Shown here in pieces: positions 17,552 through 26,826 of a stretch of 37,254 nucleotides of DNA. Below the pieces are notes generated by a model. The model was not told the DNA's origin. It ran no database searches and saw only the letters and a program-made list of their open reading frames with translations. The DNA lies in contig JBBSWG010000069.1 of NCBI GenBank assembly GCA_038046425.1, forward strand, positions 1 to 37,254, given 5' to 3'. The stretch's first letter is position 1, and every line of letters begins with the position of its first letter. A program made the translations under genes and the position numbers. The DNA comes from Nanobdellota archaeon. GTDB taxonomy: Archaea; Nanobdellota; Nanobdellia; Woesearchaeales; GW2011-AR9.

Positions 17552-17614
17552 TTGGTTGTGGGGATTTTTATTTGTTTCTCTTTTGCTCTCTTCTATCTTA
17601 CCGTATTTTCTATC

Positions 17615-18454
17615 TTACAGTAACGTTGGTGATATATACACTTCAATCAAGCCGGCGAAAAACAAGGTTAACGCGGCGAACGCGGTCAGGTTTAGGCAAT
17701 CCTTCCAGGCTTTCTGTAAGGCGATGCTCTGAAATCCACTTTGCACTAACGCTACTGACAACACCCCTCCCGCTAGCCCTCCGGCAAAGTAGGCAAAGAT
17801 TTCCGGGATGCCATGCACGAAATACCCCGCTAAGCTCAGGGATACTGCTTCCAGTACCCCTACGTGCAACACTTTCTCCCGGATGGCATCGCCGATGGCT
17901 GCGCCCATCACCGAGGCATTCCAGGAAAGGATGAAGATCGCCCCTGCACCATAGACGATGGAAAAAAGCAGGGTAAAGAAAAGAACCTTGATGTTGTTGA
18001 AGAGGATATGGGTAAAAGTAGAAAGATGCTGCATAAAATTACCAGTGACATTCCCAGCAACGGAAGTACGCACTTCCCCGATGGCATTGATCTGGGTGGA
18101 GAATATGTGCGTGACGGTAGCAGCAGGCAGCGTCACAAAAAGCAACACAAATACCGCTACAAATCCCAGGAAAAGGAAGGTAAACATCGTCAGTACACCG
18201 GCATATTTTTGGAATAGGCTTTCTTCTTGCCCTTCCTTTTTACCCTGTCCGCGTTCTTCCCCGGCTTTAATCGCGCTATGTACAAAGGGAATCGAAGCAA
18301 TGCTGGTAAAAGCGACCATCACCAGGCTGACATGGCTTCGGAAGACCCAGTAGCCCAGCATGACTCCAACGAGAGAGTAAACTACGCCAATGAAAAACAT
18401 CTCCCAGGGCTTGCCCTTGACTTTGGTAGGATTGACCAGGATTTCGAGAACCAT
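17615..18454 (-). CDS. SpoIIM/DUF95-family membrane protein
   Basis: ILFNN, WNASVMG, HGIPE, AGLIEVYISP. Confidence 0.85.
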   Translation of the reverse strand: MVLEILVNPTKVKGKPWEMFFIGVVYSLVGVMLGYWVFRSHVSLVMVAFTSIASIPFVHSAIKAGEERGQGKKEGQEESLFQKYAGVLTMFTFLFLGFVAVFVLLFVTLPAATVTHIFSTQINAIGEVRTSVAGNVTGNFMQHLSTFTHILFNNIKVLFFTLLFSIVYGAGAIFILSWNASVMGAAIGDAIREKVLHVGVLEAVSLSLAGYFVHGIPEIFAYFAGGLAGGVLSVALVQSGFQSIALQKAWKDCLNLTAFAALTLFFAGLIEVYISPTLL

Positions 18455-18520
18455 ATTAATAAGAGTGGGACATACAAAAGTATATAAACTTTGCTTTTAC
18501 TCTTTCGTCTACTGCTTAAA

Positions 18521-19642
18521 ATGACTTTTACCATAACGCCCTGGGAAGTGAAAGGAACCATCAACTATGAGCGCCTGATCCAGGAATTTGGCTTGCAGCC
18601 GTTGCGTTATCTTCCGGCCGTATTTCAGAAGAATGTCCTGTTTCGCCGTGGCATCATCTTTGCCCATCGGGATTTCAAGCAGATTGTGGAAGCAATTGAG
18701 CAAAAGAAACCGGTGGTGATGATGACTGGCTTGATGCCTTCCGGCAAATTTCATTTTGGGCATAAGCTGGTAGCGGATCAAATCGTGTTCTATCAATCGC
18801 TGGGAGCGAAAATTTATCTGACGGTAGCGGACATTGAAGCCTACAATTCCCGCCTGCCCAGCATGAAAGAGCTGCGGGAGACGGCAATCAAAGAATATCT
18901 GATCAATTATATCGCTTTGGGGCTGAAGCCAACCAACTGTGATTTTTATTTCCAGTCGCAGCGCTCCAAGGAAGGGAAAGATGAAGGAAGGAAAGCTAAC
19001 GCCTATTATAGTCTAGCGGCCATGCTGGCCCGGCATGTTACCGCCAACGAATTTCAGGCCATCTATGGCGAGATTTCGCCAGGGAAAATGGCTTCGGCCT
19101 TACTGCAAGCTGCTGATATGCTTCATCCACAACTTGCAGAGTTTGAAGGCAAACCAATTCCCGTAGTTGTTCCGGTGGGAGCAGATCAAGATCCTCACTT
19201 ACGACTCGCCCGCGACCTCTCTCAGCGAATCAAAGAATTCAAATTTCTGCAGCTCAGCTCCACCTATCATAAGTTCCTGCCCGGACTGAAAGGGGATAAG
19301 ATGTCGTCCTCTGATCCTACTTCGTTCATTGCCTTAACGGACTCGCCGGAAGAGGCCGCGCTGAAGATTAAAAAATATGCTTTCTCGGGAGGACAACCGA
19401 CAGTGGAAGAGCATCGTCGTCTTGGAGGTGATCCGGAAGTGGATGTAGCCTTCCAGCTGCTCAAGTACGGGTTGGAGCCGGACGATACCCAGTTGCAGAA
19501 GATTTATAATGATTATAGGGCAGGAAAATTGTTGACGGGAGAGCTCAAAGAGTATACCATTAAAAAATTAACGGCTTTCCTTCGGCAGCATCAGGAAAAG
19601 AGGAAGAAGGCGGAGAAGATGATCCAAAAATTCATACTTTAG
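18521..19642 (+). CDS. trpS: Tryptophanyl-tRNA synthetase
   Basis: ITPWEV, HRDF, HFGH, GADQDPH, KMSSS, KYAFSGG. ATG 18521 is preferred to TTG 18491. Confidence 0.96.
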   Translation: MTFTITPWEVKGTINYERLIQEFGLQPLRYLPAVFQKNVLFRRGIIFAHRDFKQIVEAIEQKKPVVMMTGLMPSGKFHFGHKLVADQIVFYQSLGAKIYLTVADIEAYNSRLPSMKELRETAIKEYLINYIALGLKPTNCDFYFQSQRSKEGKDEGRKANAYYSLAAMLARHVTANEFQAIYGEISPGKMASALLQAADMLHPQLAEFEGKPIPVVVPVGADQDPHLRLARDLSQRIKEFKFLQLSSTYHKFLPGLKGDKMSSSDPTSFIALTDSPEEAALKIKKYAFSGGQPTVEEHRRLGGDPEVDVAFQLLKYGLEPDDTQLQKIYNDYRAGKLLTGELKEYTIKKLTAFLRQHQEKRKKAEKMIQKFIL

Positions 19643-19755
19643 CTTTTCAATCAGGAAATCTAAACGTCAATCTTCACCTCACCTTTTTGGAAATAAAAAT
19701 CTTTGTGAACTTTTTTCCCGAAAACTTAAAAAGCGGAACGTTAAGAGTAAACTTC

Positions 19756-19863
19756 ATGCCCATCAAAACCTGTGTTGGCGCAGTGCTGTATGATGATGTA
19801 GGAAAGATCTTTCTGATGACTTCGCCGGCTCACAATGTTTTAACTTTTAGGAGTAATAAATAG
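19756..19863 (+). pseudogene. Truncated 5' copy of the NUDIX gene
   Basis: MPIKTCVGAVLYDDVGKIFLMTSP followed by island-derived residues and TAG. Confidence 0.9.
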
Positions 19864-19944
19864 GAAAGCTTATATATCAGCAGCTCCGATATTAACCTGG
19901 AGGTTTAAAATAGGAAAAAACTATCCCTCTTTATTTTTCAAACA

Positions 19945-20865
19945 ATGAAAAAAAGAAATAATCTTTTAGCAGCTTTAGGCTTAGCTGGAATTCTTGGTGC
20001 CTCTTGGTATTTTAATAAGAATTCTCCAAAAATTGAAAAAGCTGAAGAATCCCCAGCAACTGAAGTCACCTCCAATAAAAACATAGCCAAAAATAATAAA
20101 AAAGCTCGAGAGCAATTTTTAATTGTCTCAAGACCGCATTCTCAGGAAGAAAAAGATGAATTTAGGGATTATATAGCCAATTTAGAAATAGTCCCGCCAA
20201 TACTTTACAAAACTGATGAAAAATGTGATATTAATAAGTTAACAGCAGGTTATACAAAAGAGCATAAGTCCTTTGCTGAGCTAAAGACAAACAACGAGCA
20301 TATTCTATGGAAAGCACTTGACCATCTTATAAATATTGATGTTAATTTGGCTAATTGTTTGCATAAATTAGATAGACAAAGATCAGATTATTTACTAAAA
20401 GAAGCGGCAGGACACTATGAATACAGAGGAAGCTATGGAAGTGCAGGAAGACTATATTATTTTTTAGGTGATAAAAATAAAGCCCGCAAAAATTTCAGAA
20501 AAGACCCCTTAACTTTAGAAGCACTTATTAAATTTACTCCGCCTGAAGAGCTAAATAAATTAAAAGAAGCATATTTAACCCGGGGGGGATATTTAGAAGC
20601 TGGAAAAATTGCCTGGTATCAAGGAGATAGAGAAAAAGGAAGAGAATATATCGCTCAATCTGAAAGATATAAAGAATTAATTGAGAACTGTAGTAATTTT
20701 ATTGATAAAGGAAACGTTAGAAAGGCAATATTTGTTCTGTGGGAATTTAGCCGAATTCCATTTTACAAAGAAGCATTATTAAGCAAGTGCAAAAATGAAA
20801 AATGTAAAAGGGAAATAGAAAATTATATTCCCAATAGTAAAAGCAATGTTATAAAAACATTATAG
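19945..20865 (+). CDS. Membrane-anchored/secreted helical-repeat (TPR-like) protein, paralog A
   Basis: N-terminal basic plus hydrophobic leader; SAGRLYYFLGDKNKAR and EAGKIAWYQGDREKG are TPR-like hairpins. Confidence 0.8.
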   Translation: MKKRNNLLAALGLAGILGASWYFNKNSPKIEKAEESPATEVTSNKNIAKNNKKAREQFLIVSRPHSQEEKDEFRDYIANLEIVPPILYKTDEKCDINKLTAGYTKEHKSFAELKTNNEHILWKALDHLINIDVNLANCLHKLDRQRSDYLLKEAAGHYEYRGSYGSAGRLYYFLGDKNKARKNFRKDPLTLEALIKFTPPEELNKLKEAYLTRGGYLEAGKIAWYQGDREKGREYIAQSERYKELIENCSNFIDKGNVRKAIFVLWEFSRIPFYKEALLSKCKNEKCKREIENYIPNSKSNVIKTL

Positions 20866-21072
20866 ATAACTGTGCAAATCAAGTTTTTGGAGTTGTTTTG
20901 AACCTTTTTATATTGCTCTACCTCCGCCTTTCTTCCGAATAGAGTCATATTTGTCATGAACGCATTTCTGTCCGCAACAAATAATTCTCTTTTTGGATAG
21001 TGCCCGTTATTATAACCTATAGTAGTAATAACTAGGAGAGTTTATATAGAACAACCTCCTATTTTTCAAACA

Positions 21073-21975
21073 ATGAAAAAAAGAAATAATCTTTTAGCAG
21101 CTTTAGGCCTAGCGGGAATTCTTGGTGCCTCTTGGTATTTTAATAAAAATTCTCCAAAAACTGAAAAAACTGAAGGATCACCAGCAGCTAAAACTTTCAA
21201 AATTAGTTCCACAAAAAGAGTTAAAAAAGTGAAAAAAATTGTCATGCTGGGGATAAATAACAAAGGATTTCAAGAGGCAGAAGATGAATACAGATATTAC
21301 ATAGATAATTTGGAGATAGTTCCAGACTTTTTATATAGTAATTATGAAGGATGCAAAATGGATGAATTAAAACAGAAACATGATGATTTAATAAATAAAA
21401 TACAACACAATAATTTTTCATTTGAAGATATAAATAATTTAATATTGGTAAATACTTCTCTTGCAAATTGTCTTCATAATACACCTGATGAAGAGTATAA
21501 AAGAATACTTCTAGAAACAGCAGATTACCTAAGAACATTAAATAGAACGCCCAGCGCAGGAAGGATATACTATTTTTTAGGTGATAATAAAAAAGCAAGA
21601 GAATGTTTTGAAGCAAGTCCACAAACCTTAGAAGAGCTAATAAAATTAACACCAGCTGAAGAACTTCCAGCACTAAGAGATAAATTTGTAGCAGACAAAA
21701 GATACTTAGAAGCTGGAAAAGTGGCCTGGTATGAAGGAGATAAAGAAGAAGCAAGACAGATTATTGAACAATCAGATGAATTTAAACAAGCCTACACTGA
21801 ATGTAAAGAACTAGTAAAAAATAAACTTTATCTGCCAGCCGTAAGAATGCTTTGGAGGCGCCTAAAACTTCCATTTGCAAAAGAAACCGTAATGGGGCTA
21901 TGCAAAAGCAATAGAAAATGTCTTTCTGATGTAAATAATTACAATCAAAATAAAGATGTAATTTCAATATATTAA
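21073..21975 (+). CDS. Membrane-anchored/secreted helical-repeat (TPR-like) protein, paralog B
   Basis: First 29 aa identical to paralog A; SAGRIYYFLGDNKKAR, EAGKVAWYEGDKEEA; shared cysteines. Confidence 0.8.
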   Translation: MKKRNNLLAALGLAGILGASWYFNKNSPKTEKTEGSPAAKTFKISSTKRVKKVKKIVMLGINNKGFQEAEDEYRYYIDNLEIVPDFLYSNYEGCKMDELKQKHDDLINKIQHNNFSFEDINNLILVNTSLANCLHNTPDEEYKRILLETADYLRTLNRTPSAGRIYYFLGDNKKARECFEASPQTLEELIKLTPAEELPALRDKFVADKRYLEAGKVAWYEGDKEEARQIIEQSDEFKQAYTECKELVKNKLYLPAVRMLWRRLKLPFAKETVMGLCKSNRKCLSDVNNYNQNKDVISIY

Positions 21976-21977
21976 AT

Positions 21978-24119
21978 TTAAGAAAAAGAGCTTTTAGTCA
22001 AAGACTTCCCTGTTGGTGCTACTGTTGTAACAGATTTCATTTTTGATATTCCTAATCCTGCACCAGAACATTCAAATTCTGACGCTACTGAACCGCAACG
22101 TGAGTCTTGTGTTTCTCCTGCTGGATTTTGTGTTTCTTCCTGACTAAAAGTGCTTCCATGAGCACAAAAGCTAGCATCACTTCCCCCACTGCTCGCAGAT
22201 TGGCCACTATTTATTTCACAATCTATCATTCCAAACATCTCCAGAAGTTTTTCAGCACATAACGGTGTTTCCCCATAAGACCAGCCTTCATCTCTGGTAT
22301 CTCCTCCCAATCCGCCTGCTGGATCTTTAACTCCCGGAACCGGACCGCCTATATCAGGAGCTTTATCATTTCCGCTGGGTGGAGGAGATCTGCCAAAATA
22401 TTCACAAGCAGCATATTTGCACCAGTCGGCATCTGCTATTACAGATAAAAGATTCGGACCAGTATTCGGAATACACTTGCCAAATAAAGAAACAGCAGCA
22501 CCAGAACAAGCACTGTCTTCACCAGGGAAATCAGCACCACCAACGCCCCTCAAAACATCATTAATTCTTATTTTTCCTTCAGTGCTGGTTCTTTGATCAA
22601 TATGATCTCTCTCATGATTTATTATATCTCTAGGAGTATAGCTATCTTTAGTAATGAATCCAGCACTAAAGGAGGTAAAAGGTGAACCAGAACCTTCTAC
22701 GGGTTGATTATCTGGTGTACTAAGCACTTGGTCACTAATAAAAATAGTATTTGTGTCTATATTAGCACAACCAAGCGCATCATTATGACCACAAACCTTC
22801 CTGGCATCTTTCTGATCAAAGGTTTTATATTTTGCATTATCAGAACGTTTTCCAGTAATGTCGTAAGCCCCATTTCTTTTCAAACTTTTTTGTTCTTCAC
22901 TGTCATCCTTTACTGTTTTTCCACACCCTTTAGAATCGGGAGTTATTTCTGCGCAAGGTTTCTGTTTAGTCGTTTTTCCTTCAAATCCTTCCTTTGATAA
23001 TCCGCCGCATCCAGACTTAGAATTAGGACCAGAAATACCATGCTGAGTTAATCTGCTGCTAAAAACAATTGGTTGTTTATTTTTCGGAAATCTTGATCCG
23101 CATCCCAAGCTATCTGACATAGATGATACATAATCTTCAGCTCCTGAACCGGGAGTTTTAGCTCCCCCGGTTATAGCCGAACAACCAACCTTCATAGCAT
23201 TCCCAATTTCTCTCCATCCCTTACCAGAGGAACCAGCAGCACAAGGAAGAAGAGGCAAAATAAGGTTTGATAAACGCTCTTCTAATCCGTTCATTCCAGA
23301 ACCTGTAGGTGAAGATTTCAATTTTTGAGAACCACTGCCAGATATTTCATTGCCACTTACCAAACCTTGAGCAGCATCTTTTCCTATACCCGCACCAACT
23401 TTACCAGCAACAGTTCCAGAAGACGTCAAAGAACATACTTTTTGAATGTTAAAAACAATATCTTTTCCGGAGATGCCTAAAGGGCTTTTATATTCATTTT
23501 GATTATCTTTGTATACAATATCGCTGCCCATCAGCTCTCCCTCTAATAATTTTCCAGGACTCTGAAAAGAAATTCCTTCAGCACAGATAAATCCAGTATC
23601 CGCCCATTCTGAAAGTGAGCAACCAACCCCATAATTTACTGGTTTCAATGCAAATGTCCAGAAAAGATCATGACTAGCATAACATTCTGGATTTTTTTTA
23701 TTCTTTTCACAAAATAAACCATACATCTCAAATTCACCAGTATAATAATTCCAAGTTACAAAAGGAAAACTCACTTTGGGATAATAAAAATTACATCTTT
23801 CACCAACATCTTCAGCAAGTTGAAGTTCCTTGTAAATTGAAGATTTTCCACTATTTAATATAAAGTCCATAACCAGCCAAGAAGGTTGTAAAATAGCATT
23901 AAAATTATTGCATGTTTGAAATTCGTCTGGTAACAATGGTTTAATGCGCACTTTATCAGCTAGCTGTTTGATAGTACTACCAAGAACTTTGTCTATTTCA
24001 AATAGATTATCACTATCCATGCAAAGAATTTTATCCTCCCACACCCCTAAATGCGTTACCCACTCCTGATTTTTCCCATTCAAAAAATAATTTTTTAAAG
24101 TGTTAACTTCTTTATTCAA
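21978..24119 (-). CDS. Large Gly/Ser/Cys-rich protein with a putative zincin metallopeptidase domain; probably the 3' part of a frameshifted gene starting at 24421
   Basis: 713-aa ORF with about 25 Cys; LGCANIDTNTIFIS...IINHERDHIDQ (HExxH); TTG start, no signal peptide of its own. Confidence 0.7.
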   Translation of the reverse strand: MNKEVNTLKNYFLNGKNQEWVTHLGVWEDKILCMDSDNLFEIDKVLGSTIKQLADKVRIKPLLPDEFQTCNNFNAILQPSWLVMDFILNSGKSSIYKELQLAEDVGERCNFYYPKVSFPFVTWNYYTGEFEMYGLFCEKNKKNPECYASHDLFWTFALKPVNYGVGCSLSEWADTGFICAEGISFQSPGKLLEGELMGSDIVYKDNQNEYKSPLGISGKDIVFNIQKVCSLTSSGTVAGKVGAGIGKDAAQGLVSGNEISGSGSQKLKSSPTGSGMNGLEERLSNLILPLLPCAAGSSGKGWREIGNAMKVGCSAITGGAKTPGSGAEDYVSSMSDSLGCGSRFPKNKQPIVFSSRLTQHGISGPNSKSGCGGLSKEGFEGKTTKQKPCAEITPDSKGCGKTVKDDSEEQKSLKRNGAYDITGKRSDNAKYKTFDQKDARKVCGHNDALGCANIDTNTIFISDQVLSTPDNQPVEGSGSPFTSFSAGFITKDSYTPRDIINHERDHIDQRTSTEGKIRINDVLRGVGGADFPGEDSACSGAAVSLFGKCIPNTGPNLLSVIADADWCKYAACEYFGRSPPPSGNDKAPDIGGPVPGVKDPAGGLGGDTRDEGWSYGETPLCAEKLLEMFGMIDCEINSGQSASSGGSDASFCAHGSTFSQEETQNPAGETQDSRCGSVASEFECSGAGLGISKMKSVTTVAPTGKSLTKSSFS

Positions 24120-24421
24120 ATTAAGTTTGCATTCAAGTATATTTTCCAGGCTTTAACTTTTGTAACATAATCCTTGCGGGGCAAATTAGAATAAACCGGA
24201 CTTACCTTATTAAGCAATTTAAAATCTATTTTCTGGTCGATAGTATATTTACTCAATAAATCTTTAATTTTTTGGACTAAACTCCAGCTAAACAATTTAG
24301 CACCGCTAACACCAGCAACAGAATCCCCGGTGATATTATCTTCTAGCTTAGAACAGCCTAAAACCAGGACTGATAACAAAAATATCACTAGCAGAGCTTT
24401 TAATCTATCACCTCTAATCAT
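24116..24421 (-). CDS. Putative lipoprotein / N-terminal part of the large secreted protein
   Basis: LLVIFLLSVLVLGC leader followed by NITGDSV; 4-nt overlap with the 713-aa ORF. Confidence 0.65.
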   Translation of the reverse strand: MIRGDRLKALLVIFLLSVLVLGCSKLEDNITGDSVAGVSGAKLFSWSLVQKIKDLLSKYTIDQKIDFKLLNKVSPVYSNLPRKDYVTKVKAWKIYLNANLI

Positions 24422-24544
24422 AACTGGTAAAAATAGGCTGGACTATATAAATTCTAGGTTAAATTGGTGTTGCGTGTTTTTTGACAAACTGTTGGTTATT
24501 TTTCTCCAAAAAACTTAAAAAGTCAAACGTTTAGGGTAAACTTC

Positions 24545-24973
24545 ATGCCCATCAAAACCTGTGTTGGCGCAGTGCTGTATGATGATGTAGGAAGGATCTT
24601 TCTGATGACTTCGCCAAAATGGAAAGGCTATCTGGTGCCGGGAGGAAGGATAGAAGAAGGGGAAAGCGAAGAAGAGGCTTTAAGAAGGGAAATCCGTGAG
24701 GAGTTAGGGATAAAAATAACTGATTTATATCGGGCAGGTGAAAGTGTTAAGTTAGCTAGTTCAGACTTTACTGACCCCACGGTAGAATTCCATTTTAAAA
24801 GTTATTTTGCCCGGGTTGAAAGTACCAACATTGAACCAAATCATGAAATTACAGAATATGGCTGGTTCACTCTAGCAGAAGCCCGGCAGCTGCCTCTATT
24901 GGATTCAACGAGAAACCTCGTAGAACAGTTCAGGGAACTTTGGGCGTATAAAAAAAAAGAACCGGAGAAATAA
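24545..24973 (+). CDS. NUDIX hydrolase
   Basis: Nudix box GGRIEEGESEEEALRREIREELG. Confidence 0.95.
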   Translation: MPIKTCVGAVLYDDVGRIFLMTSPKWKGYLVPGGRIEEGESEEEALRREIREELGIKITDLYRAGESVKLASSDFTDPTVEFHFKSYFARVESTNIEPNHEITEYGWFTLAEARQLPLLDSTRNLVEQFRELWAYKKKEPEK

Positions 24974-24988
24974 AAATAAAAACTAACC

Positions 24989-25249
24989 ATGAAAATAGAG
25001 AAGAAAGTCTGGCCGGAGTATTTCCAAAAGATCCTGGAGGGAGTTAAAACCTACGAATTGCGTTTAGCTGACTTTGAATGTGTGCCGGGAGATACCCTTG
25101 TTCTTAAAGAATGGGATCCACAGACTAGGAATTATACCGGCCGGGTTATCGAGAAGAGGGTAACTTACGTTGGCAAGACCAAAAATCTTCCATTCTGGTC
25201 GAAAGAGGAGATTGAACAGCATGGATTTCAAATTATTGCGTTCCAATAG
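24989..25249 (+). CDS. ASCH/PUA-like (DUF3850-type) protein
   Basis: KVWPEYFQKILEGVKTYELR..DF..GDTLVLKEW...YTGR. Confidence 0.85.
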   Translation: MKIEKKVWPEYFQKILEGVKTYELRLADFECVPGDTLVLKEWDPQTRNYTGRVIEKRVTYVGKTKNLPFWSKEEIEQHGFQIIAFQ

Positions 25250-25300
25250 CGAGGCTTCATAGAAACACTTCTTTGGACTGCACCCCTGTTCTCGGTAATT

Positions 25301-25792
25301 TTAGGGGTAAATCAAGTTCTTTCGTATTCCCCCCACCGCCGCTGGTATACTAAAAGCAGCGGCAAACACCAGGCCCAGCAACCAGGCATTATGCGCTTGA
25401 TTCTGCAGGCCTAAATCGCCAATGAAAGTATTAGACCAGAGCACCACCAGCGCTAAATTGGCCAGGGCCAGCAGCGGGATGATAATTCCGGCCAGAAGAT
25501 GATGTTTCCGTTCGAGATGTCCAATGTCCCGAATCAGGAAATGATAGAGAAAGCCGATGGTACCACCAAGAACAATCACGGTGGCATATAACAGAACATC
25601 TGTTAATGCTACCAGAACGGGAATAAGCATCAGCGACACAATAAGGTTAGCAAAAATAATGACCAGCAAGGCGCTCCAGAAAACGATCTTAGAGAAATGC
25701 TTATCATACTGCTCGCTGTGAGCAGAAGCTAGCTTGACTCGGCTTATTTCGGCTAGGTTCCACCCCTTTTCTTTTAAATGAGAGTAGTCCAT
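25301..25792 (-). CDS. Hypothetical membrane protein (4 TM)
   Basis: Start MDYSHL at 25792. The longer track ORF runs through minD and a hairpin element. Confidence 0.75.
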   Translation of the reverse strand: MDYSHLKEKGWNLAEISRVKLASAHSEQYDKHFSKIVFWSALLVIIFANLIVSLMLIPVLVALTDVLLYATVIVLGGTIGFLYHFLIRDIGHLERKHHLLAGIIIPLLALANLALVVLWSNTFIGDLGLQNQAHNAWLLGLVFAAAFSIPAAVGGIRKNLIYP

Positions 25793-25815
25793 GGTGATTT
25801 CGGAAACGCCGTCGT

Positions 25816-25940
25816 GGCGTTTAGCAGCTTCGAACGCATCGCTGTTGAATTTGATGGGGCTGCGTCCCCGTAGGGGGCAACCCCCCGCGACGCCCTCGTT
25901 GTTCGTATCGCTGGCGTTCGACCTGATGCTGCTAAACGCC
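25816..25940. repeat. Intergenic long hairpin element
   Basis: GGCGTTTAGCAGC/GCTGCTAAACGCC (13 bp), inner TCGAACGC/GCGTTCGA (8 bp), apical GGGGG-CAA-CCCCC. Confidence 0.75.
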
Positions 25941-25955
25941 GAGCAGGATAAGTTC

Positions 25956-26663
25956 TTATTCCATACACAACTGCTGGGCCACTTTCTTAAATTCCCGGGC
26001 CGGCTTGCTCCAGCGGTATAAATAATTAACGGGCGCTTGCCGATGCAAGGCCTTCCGCACCTTGTGGTGAAAGGGAATATTGGCAATAATTTTCTGCCCT
26101 AAGATTTCTTCCACTTTTTCTGAACTCAATTCATGCTTCCCCTTATTGCTCATGTTTAACACCACGCCCAGCACCAAGTTATGGTGTGCTTTGGCTAATT
26201 CAATCGTTTTCAGGGCGTCAATCACCGAGCTTAGTGTTGGCGTCACCACCAGCAAAACTTCATCGCTGTTCTTCAAGACTTCACTTACCTCATAGCCCAG
26301 TCCACTGGGCGCATCCACGATCACAAAATCAGCAGCTCCATCCAGATGCTCATATACTTCGCTTAACTTTTGCGGGTCCATCTTCTGGAATTCTGTATAG
26401 GAAGGCGAGGCCGGAATAAACGAAAGGCCACTTTCATGCTCATGAGTGATCTCCGCTAACTCTTTTTCTTTGCGCAGAAAGCGGTTGAGCGTATTCCTAG
26501 GCTGCAGTATGCCCAGATGCAGGCCGATGTTGGGGGTGACTAAATTGGCATCTATTAGGATAGTTTTCTTGTCGAGATTATGAAGAGCTTGGCTCACCGC
26601 GATGGCAGCCGTAGTTTTACCTACCCCTCCTTTTCCTGAGACGAAAGCGATAAAACGGGTCAT
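25956..26663 (-). CDS. minD: MinD/ParA-family ATPase (archaeal MinD-like)
   Basis: SGKGGVGKTT, IDAN..TPN, IVDAPSG, GVVLN. Confidence 0.88.
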   Translation of the reverse strand: MTRFIAFVSGKGGVGKTTAAIAVSQALHNLDKKTILIDANLVTPNIGLHLGILQPRNTLNRFLRKEKELAEITHEHESGLSFIPASPSYTEFQKMDPQKLSEVYEHLDGAADFVIVDAPSGLGYEVSEVLKNSDEVLLVVTPTLSSVIDALKTIELAKAHHNLVLGVVLNMSNKGKHELSSEKVEEILGQKIIANIPFHHKVRKALHRQAPVNYLYRWSKPAREFKKVAQQLCME

Positions 26664-26709
26664 GATGAAGCTATTAATCAGCAGAGGTATTTAATAGTTT
26701 TGCTTACCA

Positions 26710-26800
26710 GGCACAATCCATTTTGGGGGGGAAGGGCACTATCAGCTCGCATCTTGATAGTGCCCTTCCCCCCAAAATCACTCACTTTTTCGATTGTGCC
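26710..26800. repeat. Intergenic nested inverted repeat
   Basis: GGGGGGAAGGGCACTATCA (26726-26744) / TGATAGTGCCCTTCCCCCC (26755-26773), 19 bp perfect; outer GGCACAATC/GATTGTGCC. Confidence 0.8.
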
Positions 26801-26826
26801 GCTTACGAGCAGGTGTCGAGTATACC

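Larger units (their letters stand above)
19721..24615. mobile_element. AT-rich genomic island bounded by 106-bp direct repeats; no integrase inside
   Basis: 19721-19826 vs 24510-24615: 6 mismatches in total, only 1 in the last 80 bp. The repeats cover the upstream region and about 24 codons of the NUDIX gene. Base composition shifts sharply between them. Confidence 0.8.

Noticed and set aside
20824-21010. Short minus-strand open frame between the two paralogs as a transposase remnant
   Set aside because: No recognisable motif or terminal repeats.
19721-24615. NUDIX repeats or paralog leaders as a DGR template/variable pair
   Set aside because: The mismatches are not confined to adenines, the repeats are at gene 5' ends, and there is no reverse transcriptase in the window.
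25793-26086. N-terminal extension of ORF 25301-26086
   Set aside because: It overlaps minD out of frame and crosses the hairpin element; ATG 25792 is the better start.
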